Origin: Alphaproteobacteria bacterium | GTDB lineage: Bacteria; Pseudomonadota; Alphaproteobacteria; UBA828 | Assembly: GCA_965214705.1 (NCBI GenBank) | Contig: OZ243972.1 | Coordinates: 3,616,001 to 3,680,000 of the forward strand | Direction of reading: 5' to 3' | Length of the DNA stretch: 64,000 nucleotides | Shown: one piece after another, positions 1 to 9,827 of the stretch | Numbering within the stretch: the stretch's first letter is position 1 | Layout: each line of letters starts with the position of its first letter | Translations under genes and position numbers: made by a program | Notes under the pieces: model-generated | What the model saw: the letters and a program-made list of their open reading frames with translations, nothing else | What the model was told of the DNA's origin: nothing | Databases searched by the model: none

Positions 1-3000
1 GCGCGTGGCGACGAGGCGGTTGTCGGGCCGGAGACGCAGCTCGTTCTCCGGCGCCGAGACGTAGCGGACCAGTGCCGCGGGCTCGCCAAAGCCGCCGTCC
101 CGGAAGCTAAGCACCGCGCCCTTCGGGCCGGCCTCGACGCGCTCGATGCCACTCTTCCGGCAGAGCTGCTTGATGGCCATGATTTCGAGCAGATGGTGCA
201 CCGATGCCGGCGGCGGGCCGAAGCGGTCGGTCAGCTCGTCAACGAAGGCGTCGATCCCGGCCTGGTCTTCGAGCGCGGCGACCCGGCGGTAGAGGGTGAG
301 CCGCACGTCGAGATCGCGCACGTAGCTCTCCGGGATCAGCACCGAGGTGCCGAGGCTGATGGTGGGCGACCAGCGCTCGGCCGGCGGCGCCTCACCGCCC
401 GCAGCGGCGCGCGCGGTGGCCACGGCCTCCTCCAGCATGTGCTGGTAGAGCTCGATGCCGACCTCGCGGATGTGGCCCGACTGCTCGGCGCCCAGAAGGT
501 TTCCCGCGCCTCTGATGTCGAGATCGTGGCTCGCCAGGCTGAAGCCGGCGCCGAGGCCGTCGAGGCGGTGGATGACCTGGAGCCGCTTGTGGGCGGTGTC
601 CGTCAGCCGATGGCCGGGCGGGAGCGTCAGATACGCGTAGCCGCGCAGCTTCGCCCGGCCGATGCGTCCGCGCAGTTGATAGAGCTGGGCGAGCCCGAAT
701 CGGTCCGCGCGATGGACAATCATGGTGTTGACCCGCTGCAGGTCGAGCCCCGATTCGATAATCGCGGTGGAGACCAGCACGTCGAACTTACCGTCGTAGA
801 AGTCGCCCATGACGGTATCGAGGGAGCGCGCCGCGAGTCGGCCGTGGGCGACGGCGACCTTCACCTCGGGCACCAGCCGGCGCACGCGCTCGGCCACCTC
901 GTCGAGGTCGGCGATACGCGGGCACACGTAGAAGGTCTGCCCGCCGCGCAGGTGCTCGCGCATCAACGCCTCGCGCACGACCACCGGGTCGAAGGGCAGG
1001 ATGAAGGTGCGCACCGCGAGGCGATCCACCGGCGGCGTCGCGATGACGCTCATGTCGCGCACGCCGCTCAGCGCCATCTGAAGCGTGCGGGGAATCGGCG
1101 TCGCGGTGAGGGTCAGGACATGGGTCTCGGCCTTGAGTTGCTTCAGCCGCTCCTTGTGGGCGACGCCGAAGTGCTGCTCCTCGTCCACGACGACGAGACC
1201 GAGATCGTTGAAGGCGATTTGCTTGCCGAGCAGCGCATGCGTGCCGATGACGATGTCGGTGGTGCCGGCGGCGATGCCGCGCCTGGTCTCGGCCTGCTCC
1301 TTGGCGGGCACGAGACGCGAGAGCTGGGCGATCTCCACCGGCAGCCGGGCGAAGCGCTCGCTGAAGGTCTGCATGTGCTGCCGGGCGAGCAGCGTGGTCG
1401 GCGTCAGCACCGCGACCTGCTTGCCCGCCTGAACCGCGTGAAAGGCGGCGCGCAGAGCCACTTCGGTCTTGCCGAAGCCGACATCGCCGCAGATCAGGCG
1501 GTCCATCGCGCGACCGGCGTCGAGATCGCCGATGGCCTCGTCGATGGCGCGCGCCTGGTCCTCGGTCTCGACGTAAGGGAAGCCTGAACAAAAGGCGTCG
1601 TAGAGGGCGCCCGGCGCCGTCAACTGCGGCGCGGGCCGGGTCGCGCGCTCGGCGGCGAGGCCGATGAGCTGGTTCGCCATGTCGCGGATGCGCTGCTTGA
1701 GCTTCGCCTTGCGCGCCTGCCAGCCGGCCCCGCCCAGCCGGTCCAGCGCGACCGGACGGTCGGCCGAGCCGTAGCGCGAGAGCAGGTCGATGTTCTCGAC
1801 CGGCAGGAAGAGCCGGTCGTCGCCCTCGTAGAGGATGCGCAGGCAGTCGTGCGGGGCGTGATAGACCTCCAGGGTGACCAGGCCGTCGTAGCGGCCGATG
1901 CCGTGGTCGACGTGCACGACCAGATCGCCGTCGGCGAGCGCCGTCACATCGACCAGGAACTCGTCGGCGGGCTTGCGGCGGCGACGCTCCGGTCGGCTCG
2001 CGCGCGCACCGAGAATGTCCTGCTCGGCGATCACGGCGAGGCCATCCGAGACGAAACCCCGCTCCAGCGGCAGCACGGCCGCCGCCGCCATCTCGGGCGG
2101 CAGCGCGCATGCCGCCTGCCAGTCCGCGACCGGCTCGATCGCGTGCACGCCGTGCTCCCGCAGCAGGCGGACCATGCGGTCGCGGCTGCCCGCGCCGCCG
2201 CCCGCGATCAGCACCCTGAGACCGCTCTCCTGCAGCCGGTCGATGTGATCGCCCACCGCCTCGAACAGCGCCCCGTGACGCTGCGCGCGCTCAGCGACGA
2301 AGTCGCGCCCATCACGGGCGCCTGCGTCCGCGCCGCCCTCAGCCTCGACGAAGGGCGAGCACTGCGCGACCGGTCGGTCCGCGAGGCGCTGCCCCCATTC
2401 GTCGGCGTCGAGAAAGAGCGTTTCGGGTGGGACCGGGTGATAGGGCGTGTCCGCGACCGACGAGGTGGGCGGGTTCGCGCGCGCACCGTAGAAATCGGCG
2501 ATGGTCTCGAAGCGGTCGTCGCGCACGTCCGCCGCGCGGTGGTCGAGGAGCACCGGACCCTCGGGGATGTAGTCGAAGAGCGTCTCCAGCCCGTCGTGGA
2601 ACATCGGCAACCAGTGCTCGATGCCGGGGTAACGCCTGCCGGCGCTGACCGCTTCGTAGAGCGGATCGTCGCCCGTCACGGCCCCGAACGTGCGACGGTA
2701 GGCGCCACGGAAACGCGCGATGGACTGCGGCGTGAGCAGGACTTCGCTGACTGGCGCGAGGTGCAACGCGCCGGCAGGCTCGGCACGGCGCTGCGACACG
2801 GGATCGAACCAGTGCATGGTCTCGATCACGTCGCCGAAAAAGTCGAGCCGCACTGGGCGCTCGGCATTGGGGGGGAAGATATCGACGATGCCGCCGCGCA
2901 CGGCGTAGTCGCCGGCCTCCATCACCGTGCCGGTGCGCACGAACCCATTCCGCTCCAGGTAGGCCAGCAGGGCCTCGGTATCGAGCGACGCACCTCCATC

Positions 3001-3408
3001 CAGCGGCAGGGTGGCGTCGGCGAGCATCGTCCGGGGCGGCACCCGCTGGACCGCTGCGTTGACCGTGGTGAGCACCACCTTCGGCCGCGCGGCGTCGTTG
3101 CCGAGCAGTTTGACGAGGCCGGCGAGGCGCCGGCTGGCGATATCGGCGCGTGGCGAGACCCGGTCGTAGGGCAGGCAGTCCCAGGCAGGGATGGTGACCG
3201 GGGCACAGTCGGGATCGAAGAAGGCGAGCATCGCAGAGAGGCGCGCGAGCCTGGCATCGTCGCGGGCGATGTAGAGGACAGGCGCGGTCTGCGTCTCTGC
3301 CAGCCGGAGCAGAACCACAGCCGCGAAGCCCTCGGGAACGCCGCCCAGGCTGGTCTCGCCTGGCGCGGCGAGGGCGCGCAGGCAGTGGTCGGGGACGAGC
3401 ACGGTCAA
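1..3408 (-). CDS. mfd: Transcription-repair coupling factor Mfd (3' end runs off the window)
   Basis: Not in the ORF track because there is no stop in the window. Manual minus-strand translation gives PAWDCLPYDRVSP, RLICGDVGFGKTEVALRAAF, VVVDEEQHFG and LTLTATPIPRTL. The probable TTG start overlaps the sdhE stop (TTGA). Confidence 0.95.
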   Translation of the reverse strand, partial: MTVLVPDHCLRALAAPGETSLGGVPEGFAAVVLLRLAETQTAPVLYIARDDARLARLSAMLAFFDPDCAPVTIPAWDCLPYDRVSPRADIASRRLAGLVKLLGNDAARPKVVLTTVNAAVQRVPPRTMLADATLPLDGGASLDTEALLAYLERNGFVRTGTVMEAGDYAVRGGIVDIFPPNAERPVRLDFFGDVIETMHWFDPVSQRRAEPAGALHLAPVSEVLLTPQSIARFRGAYRRTFGAVTGDDPLYEAVSAGRRYPGIEHWLPMFHDGLETLFDYIPEGPVLLDHRAADVRDDRFETIADFYGARANPPTSSVADTPYHPVPPETLFLDADEWGQRLADRPVAQCSPFVEAEGGADAGARDGRDFVAERAQRHGALFEAVGDHIDRLQESGLRVLIAGGGAGSRDRMVRLLREHGVHAIEPVADWQAACALPPEMAAAAVLPLERGFVSDGLAVIAEQDILGARASRPERRRRKPADEFLVDVTALADGDLVVHVDHGIGRYDGLVTLEVYHAPHDCLRILYEGDDRLFLPVENIDLLSRYGSADRPVALDRLGGAGWQARKAKLKQRIRDMANQLIGLAAERATRPAPQLTAPGALYDAFCSGFPYVETEDQARAIDEAIGDLDAGRAMDRLICGDVGFGKTEVALRAAFHAVQAGKQVAVLTPTTLLARQHMQTFSERFARLPVEIAQLSRLVPAKEQAETRRGIAAGTTDIVIGTHALLGKQIAFNDLGLVVVDEEQHFGVAHKERLKQLKAETHVLTLTATPIPRTLQMALSGVRDMSVIATPPVDRLAVRTFILPFDPVVVREALMREHLRGGQTFYVCPRIADLDEVAERVRRLVPEVKVAVAHGRLAARSLDTVMGDFYDGKFDVLVSTAIIESGLDLQRVNTMIVHRADRFGLAQLYQLRGRIGRAKLRGYAYLTLPPGHRLTDTAHKRLQVIHRLDGLGAGFSLASHDLDIRGAGNLLGAEQSGHIREVGIELYQHMLEEAVATARAAAGGEAPPAERWSPTISLGTSVLIPESYVRDLDVRLTLYRRVAALEDQAGIDAFVDELTDRFGPPPASVHHLLEIMAIKQLCRKSGIERVEAGPKGAVLSFRDGGFGEPAALVRYVSAPENELRLRPDNRLVATR

Positions 3409-3692
3409 CGGCGGCGATCGCGGTGGCGGCTCATGGCCTCGCGCCTGAGCCGCGCCATGAACGGCGTGTCGTGTTCGGTAGGCACCGGCGTCCGCCCGCT
3501 GATCCAGTTGGTGATGTCCACGTCGTTCGCGGTCAGCAGGCGTTCCGCTTGCGCCACTTCATCGGGCGGGAGCTGGGGACCGAGCCGGGCGATGACATCG
3601 CCGACCAGGAGGTCGGTCTCCTTGGTGCCGGTGCGCGCCGAGCGATAGCGGAGCCGCCTGCGCCTGGTTTCGATGTCGAGGCCTTCGATCAT
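3405..3692 (-). CDS. sdhE: Succinate dehydrogenase assembly factor 2 (SdhE/Sdh5 family)
   Basis: MIEGLDIETRRRRLRYRSARTGTKETDLLVG matches the RRxLxYR..RG.KE.DL motif; typical alphaproteobacterial position upstream of mfd. Confidence 0.85.
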   Translation of the reverse strand: MIEGLDIETRRRRLRYRSARTGTKETDLLVGDVIARLGPQLPPDEVAQAERLLTANDVDITNWISGRTPVPTEHDTPFMARLRREAMSRHRDRRR

Positions 3693-3723
3693 GGCGGGCG
3701 TGGCCTCAGCGCCGCGGGCGCGC

Positions 3724-4920
3724 TCAGCCCGCCATGACGGCGGCCGGGTCACGGCCGACAATCCGGCGGTAGATGGCGGGGTCGGTCGCGCCCTCGCTGC
3801 CGATGACGAGGACCCGGGAGGCTTCGTCCAGGCCCAGGGCCGCGCGCGCCTCCGCATCGCCGGCCACGGCCATCAGCCCGCCGAGCGAGGCGGCGCCGGA
3901 CTCGCCAAGCACGAGCGGCGGATCGCCGCCGATGGGCGCCGCGGCGAAGCGCATGGCGTCGGTGGCACCGTCATCGTCGAGCGCCATGAAGGCGAAGGCG
4001 CCTCGCGCGAGTACTTGCCAGGCCAAAGGCGAGACCTCGGCGGCCGCGAGGCAGGCCATCACCGTGTCGAGATCCCCCGAGGCTGGACTCGGCTTGCCGT
4101 TGACCGCGCTCTGGTAGAGGCAGTCGGCGGTCGTCGGCTCCACCATCACGCCCTTCGGGCAGTCGGTTCCGAGGTCCTGGCGGAAGGCACCGATCACCGC
4201 GGCCGCGAGCCCGCCGACACCGGCCTGGACGAAGAGATGGGTCGGCACTGTGCCGCTCAGCGCATCCCTGGTCTCGTCCACCAGCATGGCGTAGCCGTGC
4301 ATGACCCGGCTCGGTGCCTCGTCGCCGCCGGCGTGGGAGGTGTCGGAGACCAGCAGCCAGCCCCTGGCGCGGGCGTCTTCGGCGCAGGCCTCCACCGCCT
4401 CGTCGTAGCTGCCGGCGATGCGCACGATGGCGGCGCCCTGGCCAGCGATGGCACGCTCGCGACCCTCGCTCACCGGTCCAGGCAGAAACACAGTGCACTT
4501 GGCGCCGGCGCGGCGCGCACCCCAGGCCACCGCGAGTCCGTGGTTGCCGTCGGTCGCACAGCACACCGTCACGTCGCTCACGCGCGCGGCGGCCCGGCCG
4601 GCGGCAACATCCGCGATGGAGACGTCGCTTCCCAGCCGCTCGCGCAATAGGTGCACCACGGCATAGGCGCCGCCCAACGCCTTGAAGCTGCCGAGACCGA
4701 AGCGCCCGCTCTCGTCCTTGAGCCAGAGCGTCCCGATGCCGCGCGTGCCGGCGAGGCCGTCCAATTGATGCAGCGGGGTGGGCTGGTAGCCCTCGAAGCC
4801 CGTGATCGCGGTGCGTGCTGCGGCGCGGCGCTCCGGAACGATCACCGGATCGACGTCGTCGACGCTCCCTCGCGCGGGCGTGTAGCGCGGGTTAACGTGG
4901 AGGCGAAAGGGGACGGTCAT
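3724..4920 (-). CDS. dpaL: Diaminopropionate ammonia-lyase (PLP, fold type II)
   Basis: PTPL...KDESGRFGLGSFKALGG, CATDGNHGLAVAW, FVQAGVGGLAA, GESGAA, GSEGATD. Real start is the ATG at 4920, not 5967. Confidence 0.9.
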   Translation of the reverse strand: MTVPFRLHVNPRYTPARGSVDDVDPVIVPERRAAARTAITGFEGYQPTPLHQLDGLAGTRGIGTLWLKDESGRFGLGSFKALGGAYAVVHLLRERLGSDVSIADVAAGRAAARVSDVTVCCATDGNHGLAVAWGARRAGAKCTVFLPGPVSEGRERAIAGQGAAIVRIAGSYDEAVEACAEDARARGWLLVSDTSHAGGDEAPSRVMHGYAMLVDETRDALSGTVPTHLFVQAGVGGLAAAVIGAFRQDLGTDCPKGVMVEPTTADCLYQSAVNGKPSPASGDLDTVMACLAAAEVSPLAWQVLARGAFAFMALDDDGATDAMRFAAAPIGGDPPLVLGESGAASLGGLMAVAGDAEARAALGLDEASRVLVIGSEGATDPAIYRRIVGRDPAAVMAG

Positions 4921-4934
4921 GGCGTGGTCCCGGT

Positions 4935-5912
4935 CTAGCGCAGGTCCGCGAGCAAGGGCATGACCTCGTCCGCGAAGCGTTGCAGGTGGGCCGCCTTCTC
5001 GCTTTCCGCCGCGAGCGTGTTCACCACGACATGGCGCACACCGACCGCGTGGAAGGCTCGGATCGCCTCCGCGACGTCCGCCGCTCCCCCGAGCGCGCAG
5101 TAGCGCTCCGCTGCTTTGGAAAAATCCATGGCGTAGCGGACGCTCAGGAACTTGGCCGCGAATTCGAGTGCGCTTTCGCGGTCCTTGTCGAGCCGGACGA
5201 ACAGCAGGTGCGATGTGCCGAAGCGTTCCAGGGTGCGGCCGGATTCGGTTGCGGCGGCGGCGATGGTCTCGAGCGAGCGGCGGTAGCGCTTGGGGTCGAC
5301 GACGTAGGACATCCAGCCGTCCGCAAGCCGGCCAGCGCGACGGAGCGCGGGATCGGAGCGGCCGCCGCACCAGATCGGCGGGCCGCCCGGCCGTGCCGGT
5401 GGCGGGTCGATCGCGACTTCGGGGAAGGGGTAGAAGCGGCCGTCGTGGGCGACCGGGCCGCCGGACCAGAGCTTGCGCAGGACGCGAATCCCCTCGCTGA
5501 GCCGGGCACCTCGCTCTTCCACCGGCACCCCGCACAGCTCGAACTCGACGGGGAACTCGCCGCCGACACCGACGCCGAAGATCACCCGACCGTTCGAGAT
5601 CATGTCGAGGCTCGCGACCTGCTTCGCAACGGGCGCCGGATGGCGGAGCGGCAGCAGATAGACCGCCGTGCCCACGGTGAGCCGGTCGCTGATTGCAGCG
5701 GCTTGGGCGAGCTGCACCAGCGGATCGAGGATCGGGCCCGCGAAGGCCACGTGATCGCCTGACCAGATCGAATCGAAACCGAGTGAATCGAGCAAGCGCA
5801 CGGTCTCGGGCAGGTCGCGGCCGGCCGCCGCTCCCTCGGCATCGTCGTATCCCGTCGGCGCCAGCACATTCTGGTAGCCGATGCTCAGTTTCGGTTCGAG
5901 GGGCAGATCCAC
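4935..5912 (-). CDS. LLM-class flavin/F420-dependent oxidoreductase
   Basis: GFDSIWSGDH, PLRHPAPVAKQVASLDMISNGRVIFGVGVG, PPIWCGG, RRAGRLADGW. Confidence 0.85.
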   Translation of the reverse strand: MDLPLEPKLSIGYQNVLAPTGYDDAEGAAAGRDLPETVRLLDSLGFDSIWSGDHVAFAGPILDPLVQLAQAAAISDRLTVGTAVYLLPLRHPAPVAKQVASLDMISNGRVIFGVGVGGEFPVEFELCGVPVEERGARLSEGIRVLRKLWSGGPVAHDGRFYPFPEVAIDPPPARPGGPPIWCGGRSDPALRRAGRLADGWMSYVVDPKRYRRSLETIAAAATESGRTLERFGTSHLLFVRLDKDRESALEFAAKFLSVRYAMDFSKAAERYCALGGAADVAEAIRAFHAVGVRHVVVNTLAAESEKAAHLQRFADEVMPLLADLR

Positions 5913-5947
5913 AACCGGCTCCCGCGTTGGAAAATTGGCCGCGCACT

Positions 5948-5982
5948 CTAAAGGGTTTCCGTTTCACACGAAAACGCTCTAG
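5948..5982. repeat. Short imperfect palindrome ending in CTAG (possible mini-MITE relic)
   Basis: CTAAAGGGTTTCCG-N7-CGAAAACGCTCTAG; arms match 11/14. Confidence 0.4.
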
Positions 5983-6131
5983 GGAACCTCTGATTTATCA
6001 GGTGTTCCCGTGGCACAGGGATGTGCCACCATTTTCGGTGGCTGTAAGTCACTGAAAATGTGAGCAAAGCGGAAAGCGCGCTTCCGCCTTGCGCGTCTGA
6101 GAAATGCAGGAGGCACTTATTCAGACCTTCC
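5983..6131. mobile_element. 149-bp non-autonomous IS5-type MITE
   Basis: Flanked by CTAG at 5979-5982 and 6132-6135. Ends GGAACCTCTGATTTA and (rev-comp) GGAAGGTCTGAATAA resemble the adjacent IS5 IRs. Contains internal hairpins and no transposase. Confidence 0.75.
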
Positions 6132-6135
6132 CTAG

Positions 6136-7337
6136 GGAAGGTCTGATCAAGTCGGGTGTGCCATGATTTGCGCATGAGTCGCGGATTGGATGATCGGGTC
6201 ATGGCACAGGCAAGCTTTGCGGAACTGGAGCACGACTTGAAGAAGCGCCGGACGCGGCGCGAGCTGTTCCTTGAGAAGATGGACGAGCTGGTTCCCTGGG
6301 AGCGGCTGGAGCGACGGATCGAGCCGTTCTATCCGAAGGCGGGGCGCGGTCGGCGCCCGTACCCGCTTGGGGTGATGCTGCGGGTTCACTGCGTGCAGCT
6401 GTTCTACAACCTGAGCGATCCGGGAATGGAGGACCTGCTCTACGAGGTGGAGTCGGTGAGGCGTTTCGTGGGGCTGCGCCTGACGGAGGCGCTGCCCGAC
6501 GAGACCACCATCCTGAACTTCCGGCATCTTCTGGAGAAGCACGGCCTGGGCGAGGGTCTGTTCGAGGAGATCAATGCGCACCTTGCGTCGCGTGGCCATC
6601 GGCTGCGCACGGGGACGATCGTTGACGCGAGCATCATCGAGGCGCCGTCGTCGACGAAGAACCGGCGCCGCGCACGGGACCCTGAGATGCGTCAGACGAA
6701 GAAGGGCAAGCAGTGGTATTTCGGGATGAAGGCGCACATCGGGGTGGACGCCGGGTCGGGTCTGGCGCACAGCGTGGTGACGACGGCGGCCAACGCAAGC
6801 GACGTGACGCAGGCGGGAGCGCTGCTGCATGGCGCTGAGACGACGGCGTGGGGCGACGCGGGCTACCAGGGGGTGGAGAAGCGTCCCGAGCACCGGGATG
6901 GCGGTGTCGAGTGGCGTGTGGCGATGAAGCCGGGGCGGCGCCGGCTGCTGGCCGGGGGTGGCGCCGAAGCGGCGGCGGAGACGCGCAAGGCGTCGGTGCG
7001 GGCGAAGGTGGAGCATCCGTTCCTGTACGTGAAGCGGCACTTCGGCTACGCCAAGGTGCGCTACCGGGGCGTGGCGAAGAACAGGCAGCGCATCGCGTTG
7101 CTACTGGGGTTCTCGAACCTGCTGATCGCCGGCCGCTACGCGACGCAATGACAGGGGAGCAGTCCGCCCGCCGCCGGCGGGACGACGGGGAATGCGGCGG
7201 ATCGACGCGGATATCGCCCGTTCGCTCCGTATCCCGCGACAAAAGCAGCCCCCGGCCTGCCGGCAATATCGTCGAGCTTCAAATCCAAGCCCCCTCTCCC
7301 CCTCGAAGCCGCCAAGATGGGGTTGTTCAGACTTTCC
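6136..7337 (+). mobile_element. Complete IS5-family (IS5 subgroup) element, 1202 bp
   Basis: IRL GGAAGGTCTGATCAA and IRR rev-comp GGAAAGTCTGAACAA match 13/15; CTAG target duplication at 6132-6135 and 7338-7341. Confidence 0.93.
6201..7151 (+). CDS. IS5-family DDE transposase
   Basis: GRRPYPL, LPDETTILNFRHLLE, GTIVDAS, WYFGMKAHIGVD, WGDAGYQG, RAKVEHPF, KVRYRG. Confidence 0.95.
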   Translation: MAQASFAELEHDLKKRRTRRELFLEKMDELVPWERLERRIEPFYPKAGRGRRPYPLGVMLRVHCVQLFYNLSDPGMEDLLYEVESVRRFVGLRLTEALPDETTILNFRHLLEKHGLGEGLFEEINAHLASRGHRLRTGTIVDASIIEAPSSTKNRRRARDPEMRQTKKGKQWYFGMKAHIGVDAGSGLAHSVVTTAANASDVTQAGALLHGAETTAWGDAGYQGVEKRPEHRDGGVEWRVAMKPGRRRLLAGGGAEAAAETRKASVRAKVEHPFLYVKRHFGYAKVRYRGVAKNRQRIALLLGFSNLLIAGRYATQ

Positions 7338-7585
7338 CTAGCAATTCATTGCTCACGGTTGCCTGCCGTCCTGAGGTTCCGCGCGCCTACCGGCGCGACA
7401 GCCCGCATGCCTCGCCAGGGTCACGGCCTGCGTCGCGCCCAGGGACCCACCCGCAGCGTCGCGCGTCGACGCGCGCGGAGCGCACGGTGCGGGGCTCAAC
7501 CGCAGTCCCTGATACGCTTTTCGGCCCGCCCTTGGCGGATCGAGCGCCTGGGCCTAATTCGTGCGAAAATCTGGCTTGGGCCCGC

Positions 7586-9037
7586 TCAGCGGGTGCCGGC
7601 GAAGCCGGCGCCCAAGTCGTCGCGCACGAGCGTGCCGCCCATACCCTCGTGGGAGGCGCCGAAGAACGCGCCGGTGATCACTCCCTCGTCGCCGCCAGTG
7701 CGGGCGAAGACGTTGCCGTCGACGGCGATGTCGTAATTCAGGTCGCCGTCGCCCCACGTTGTGCCGGAGCCGAGAGCGCCGGGAGTGCCGGTCCAGGTTT
7801 CGAGGGACGTGAAGTCCAAGTCGCCGTCCAGGGACGCAAGATCGATGGCGAGGCCGGCGGTGCCGGCCACGGTCTGGCCCGAAGGCGTGAGGCCGAGGAG
7901 GCGGCCGGACCAGCTGGCGCTGCCCATGAGCTCCTGGTTGTCGGCGAGGTCGATGCCGGGGCGCGGGCCCATCGCCCAGGGCCGCACCAAGTCGTTTCGC
8001 AGCGACGCGCCGAACGCAAGGTCGTCCAGGTCGCCGCGCACGTGGAGCGATTCGTCCTCCCAGGGACCGAGACCGCTGGCGATTTCGCCGTTAGGCAGGA
8101 TGCCCACGTCAAGAACATTGTAGACCGCGAGCAAGGCCTCGCGGTCGAGCTGGTGCATGACGTAGCCCTCGGTCCCCTGTGCCCCCGACGACTGCATGAC
8201 GGTGGAGGGGAAGCGCGCGGGATTTACGTGCTGGCGACCCAGGGCGTGAATGATCTCGTGCACGAGCGTTTCCATCCGATCGGCGGCATCGGAGGCCCGT
8301 GTGGGGTCGACCCAGACTCGAGTGGAGTTGATAACTCCAAAGATGGTATGGCGGAGCACCGCTATACCGGCGGCGGTATCGCTTGCGGAGGTTTCCCAAT
8401 TCTCGCGTAGGTCGTATTCGACGAGGATCTGGCCGTCGACCGCGTTGGGGTCCATGAGGCCGCCGGGAGCATGGGGCGCCTCGGAGACGGGCGTCGGATC
8501 GACGGTGAGCTGGAAGTCATCTGGCAGGTTGGCGTTGAGGAGCTGAACGGCGCGGACGATCTCGTCGGCCTGTTCTGCCGTGGTGCCTTCGACAAATCGC
8601 ACGACCGGCGCCTGGATGAACCGAAGAACGCCGAACTTTGAGGCTCTGGCATCTTCTCTAAGGTAATCCGTGAGTGCAGCGGCACCGAGGCCGTCTCTTA
8701 ACTGACCGTAGCGCACGGTCGCGCCGTCGTGAGTTGCGACGGATGCAAGGTCGCTTTGTTCGGGCGCAGGCATAGCGCCGACGCGAAGTTCGTCATCGAA
8801 CTGGATGACAGGGGACTGATGGGCCCCTGCGGCGTGAGCCAGCGGCAGAACGAGCTCGGGGACGGGCTCGGGCTCGGGTTCGGAGACAATGGGGTCTTGG
8901 CCGTCGTCCGGCGGCATGGCCCCGCCCGTCTCCGGACCTCCTCCTCCGCCGCCACAGGCGGCAAGCGACAGGAACGCCGCGGTGCAAGCGACTGCAACGA
9001 TCGAAGTCAGTCTGTTTCTAAGCATGGGACGCTCCAT
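7586..9037 (-). CDS. Surface lipoprotein: zincin metallopeptidase-like domain plus C-terminal TbpB/HupA-like beta-barrel
   Basis: Lipobox LSLAAC followed by a G6 linker; HEIIHALGRQH (HExxHxxGxxH) and a downstream Met (STVM); C-terminus ITGAFFGASHEGMGGTL...GFAGTR typical of TbpB-like barrels. Confidence 0.7.
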   Translation of the reverse strand: MERPMLRNRLTSIVAVACTAAFLSLAACGGGGGGPETGGAMPPDDGQDPIVSEPEPEPVPELVLPLAHAAGAHQSPVIQFDDELRVGAMPAPEQSDLASVATHDGATVRYGQLRDGLGAAALTDYLREDARASKFGVLRFIQAPVVRFVEGTTAEQADEIVRAVQLLNANLPDDFQLTVDPTPVSEAPHAPGGLMDPNAVDGQILVEYDLRENWETSASDTAAGIAVLRHTIFGVINSTRVWVDPTRASDAADRMETLVHEIIHALGRQHVNPARFPSTVMQSSGAQGTEGYVMHQLDREALLAVYNVLDVGILPNGEIASGLGPWEDESLHVRGDLDDLAFGASLRNDLVRPWAMGPRPGIDLADNQELMGSASWSGRLLGLTPSGQTVAGTAGLAIDLASLDGDLDFTSLETWTGTPGALGSGTTWGDGDLNYDIAVDGNVFARTGGDEGVITGAFFGASHEGMGGTLVRDDLGAGFAGTR

Positions 9038-9164
9038 ATCTTTCGGCTGCCTCAGCCCAAGCGCTTGCGATCCCTACTCAAAGTCGTGAGGGTGCCCGGC
9101 TCATAGACGTGTGCCAGTTGCAGCGGTTCAGGGTGAAGATTAGACAGTCAGCGGTGTCTTGCCG

Positions 9165-9180
9165 CCCTCCCGCGGGAGGG
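9165..9180. promoter_or_regulatory. Palindromic candidate operator CCCTCC-CGCG-GGAGGG upstream of the lipoprotein gene
   Basis: Perfect 6-4-6 palindrome; a near-identical copy with matching flanks lies at 12140-12155. Confidence 0.5.
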
Positions 9181-9827
9181 GATTGCGCAAGAAATTCAGT
9201 TAATTCGGTGCGAACGCACGCTACGGAAGCGGGGCGAGCGGCAGCGGCATCAGCACTGCACTCCCGGCACCTCAGCCAGCGGTATCACCAGATGGACCAA
9301 CTCTACCTGCCGGGAGAGCCCGTGTTTGGCGTAGATGTGCTGGATGTGCCATTTGACCGTGGTCCGTTTCCGCCCCGTCCGGACCGCGACCTCATCGATT
9401 GTCATTCCCTGTGCGAGCAGGACGGCGATCTGACTCTCCGCCTGCGTCAAGCCGAGCGCCTCGCGCACCCTTTCCGGGTCGATGCGCATGCGGTCCGCCG
9501 GATCGACCGCCAGCACCAGCGCACCGATGCGGCTCTTACCGAGGTCCGCTGCTGCGTCATTCACGGGACTCACATGAAGCATGAGCTGCGGCAGTGGGCC
9601 TTGACGGCTCACTCGCATCGAACTTCCCATTCCTGGGCGCCTGACAACCGGCAGCGCCCGTGCGAGCAGGCTCCGGAGCGTCGCATCCTCCTCGGGCAGC
9701 GCGGCGCGCAGGTGCCCATCCTCATCCCAGAGCCCATCGCGCTTGCGCAGCAGCGCGCGGGCCCGGTCGTTGTCCGCCATAATCCGACCGCGCCGGTCGA
9801 GCTGGAGGACGCCCAACCTCAAGTTAT

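Noticed and set aside
193-3648. Long plus-strand ORFs (464 aa, 599 aa) and similar long antisense ORFs across the window
   Set aside because: Shadow frames opposite mfd and other real genes, expected at this GC content; no recognisable motifs.
3724-5967. 747-aa ORF suggesting a fusion upstream of the ammonia-lyase
   Set aside because: The N-terminal ~350 aa is an Arg/Pro-rich alternative frame of the LLM gene; homology starts at ATG 4920.
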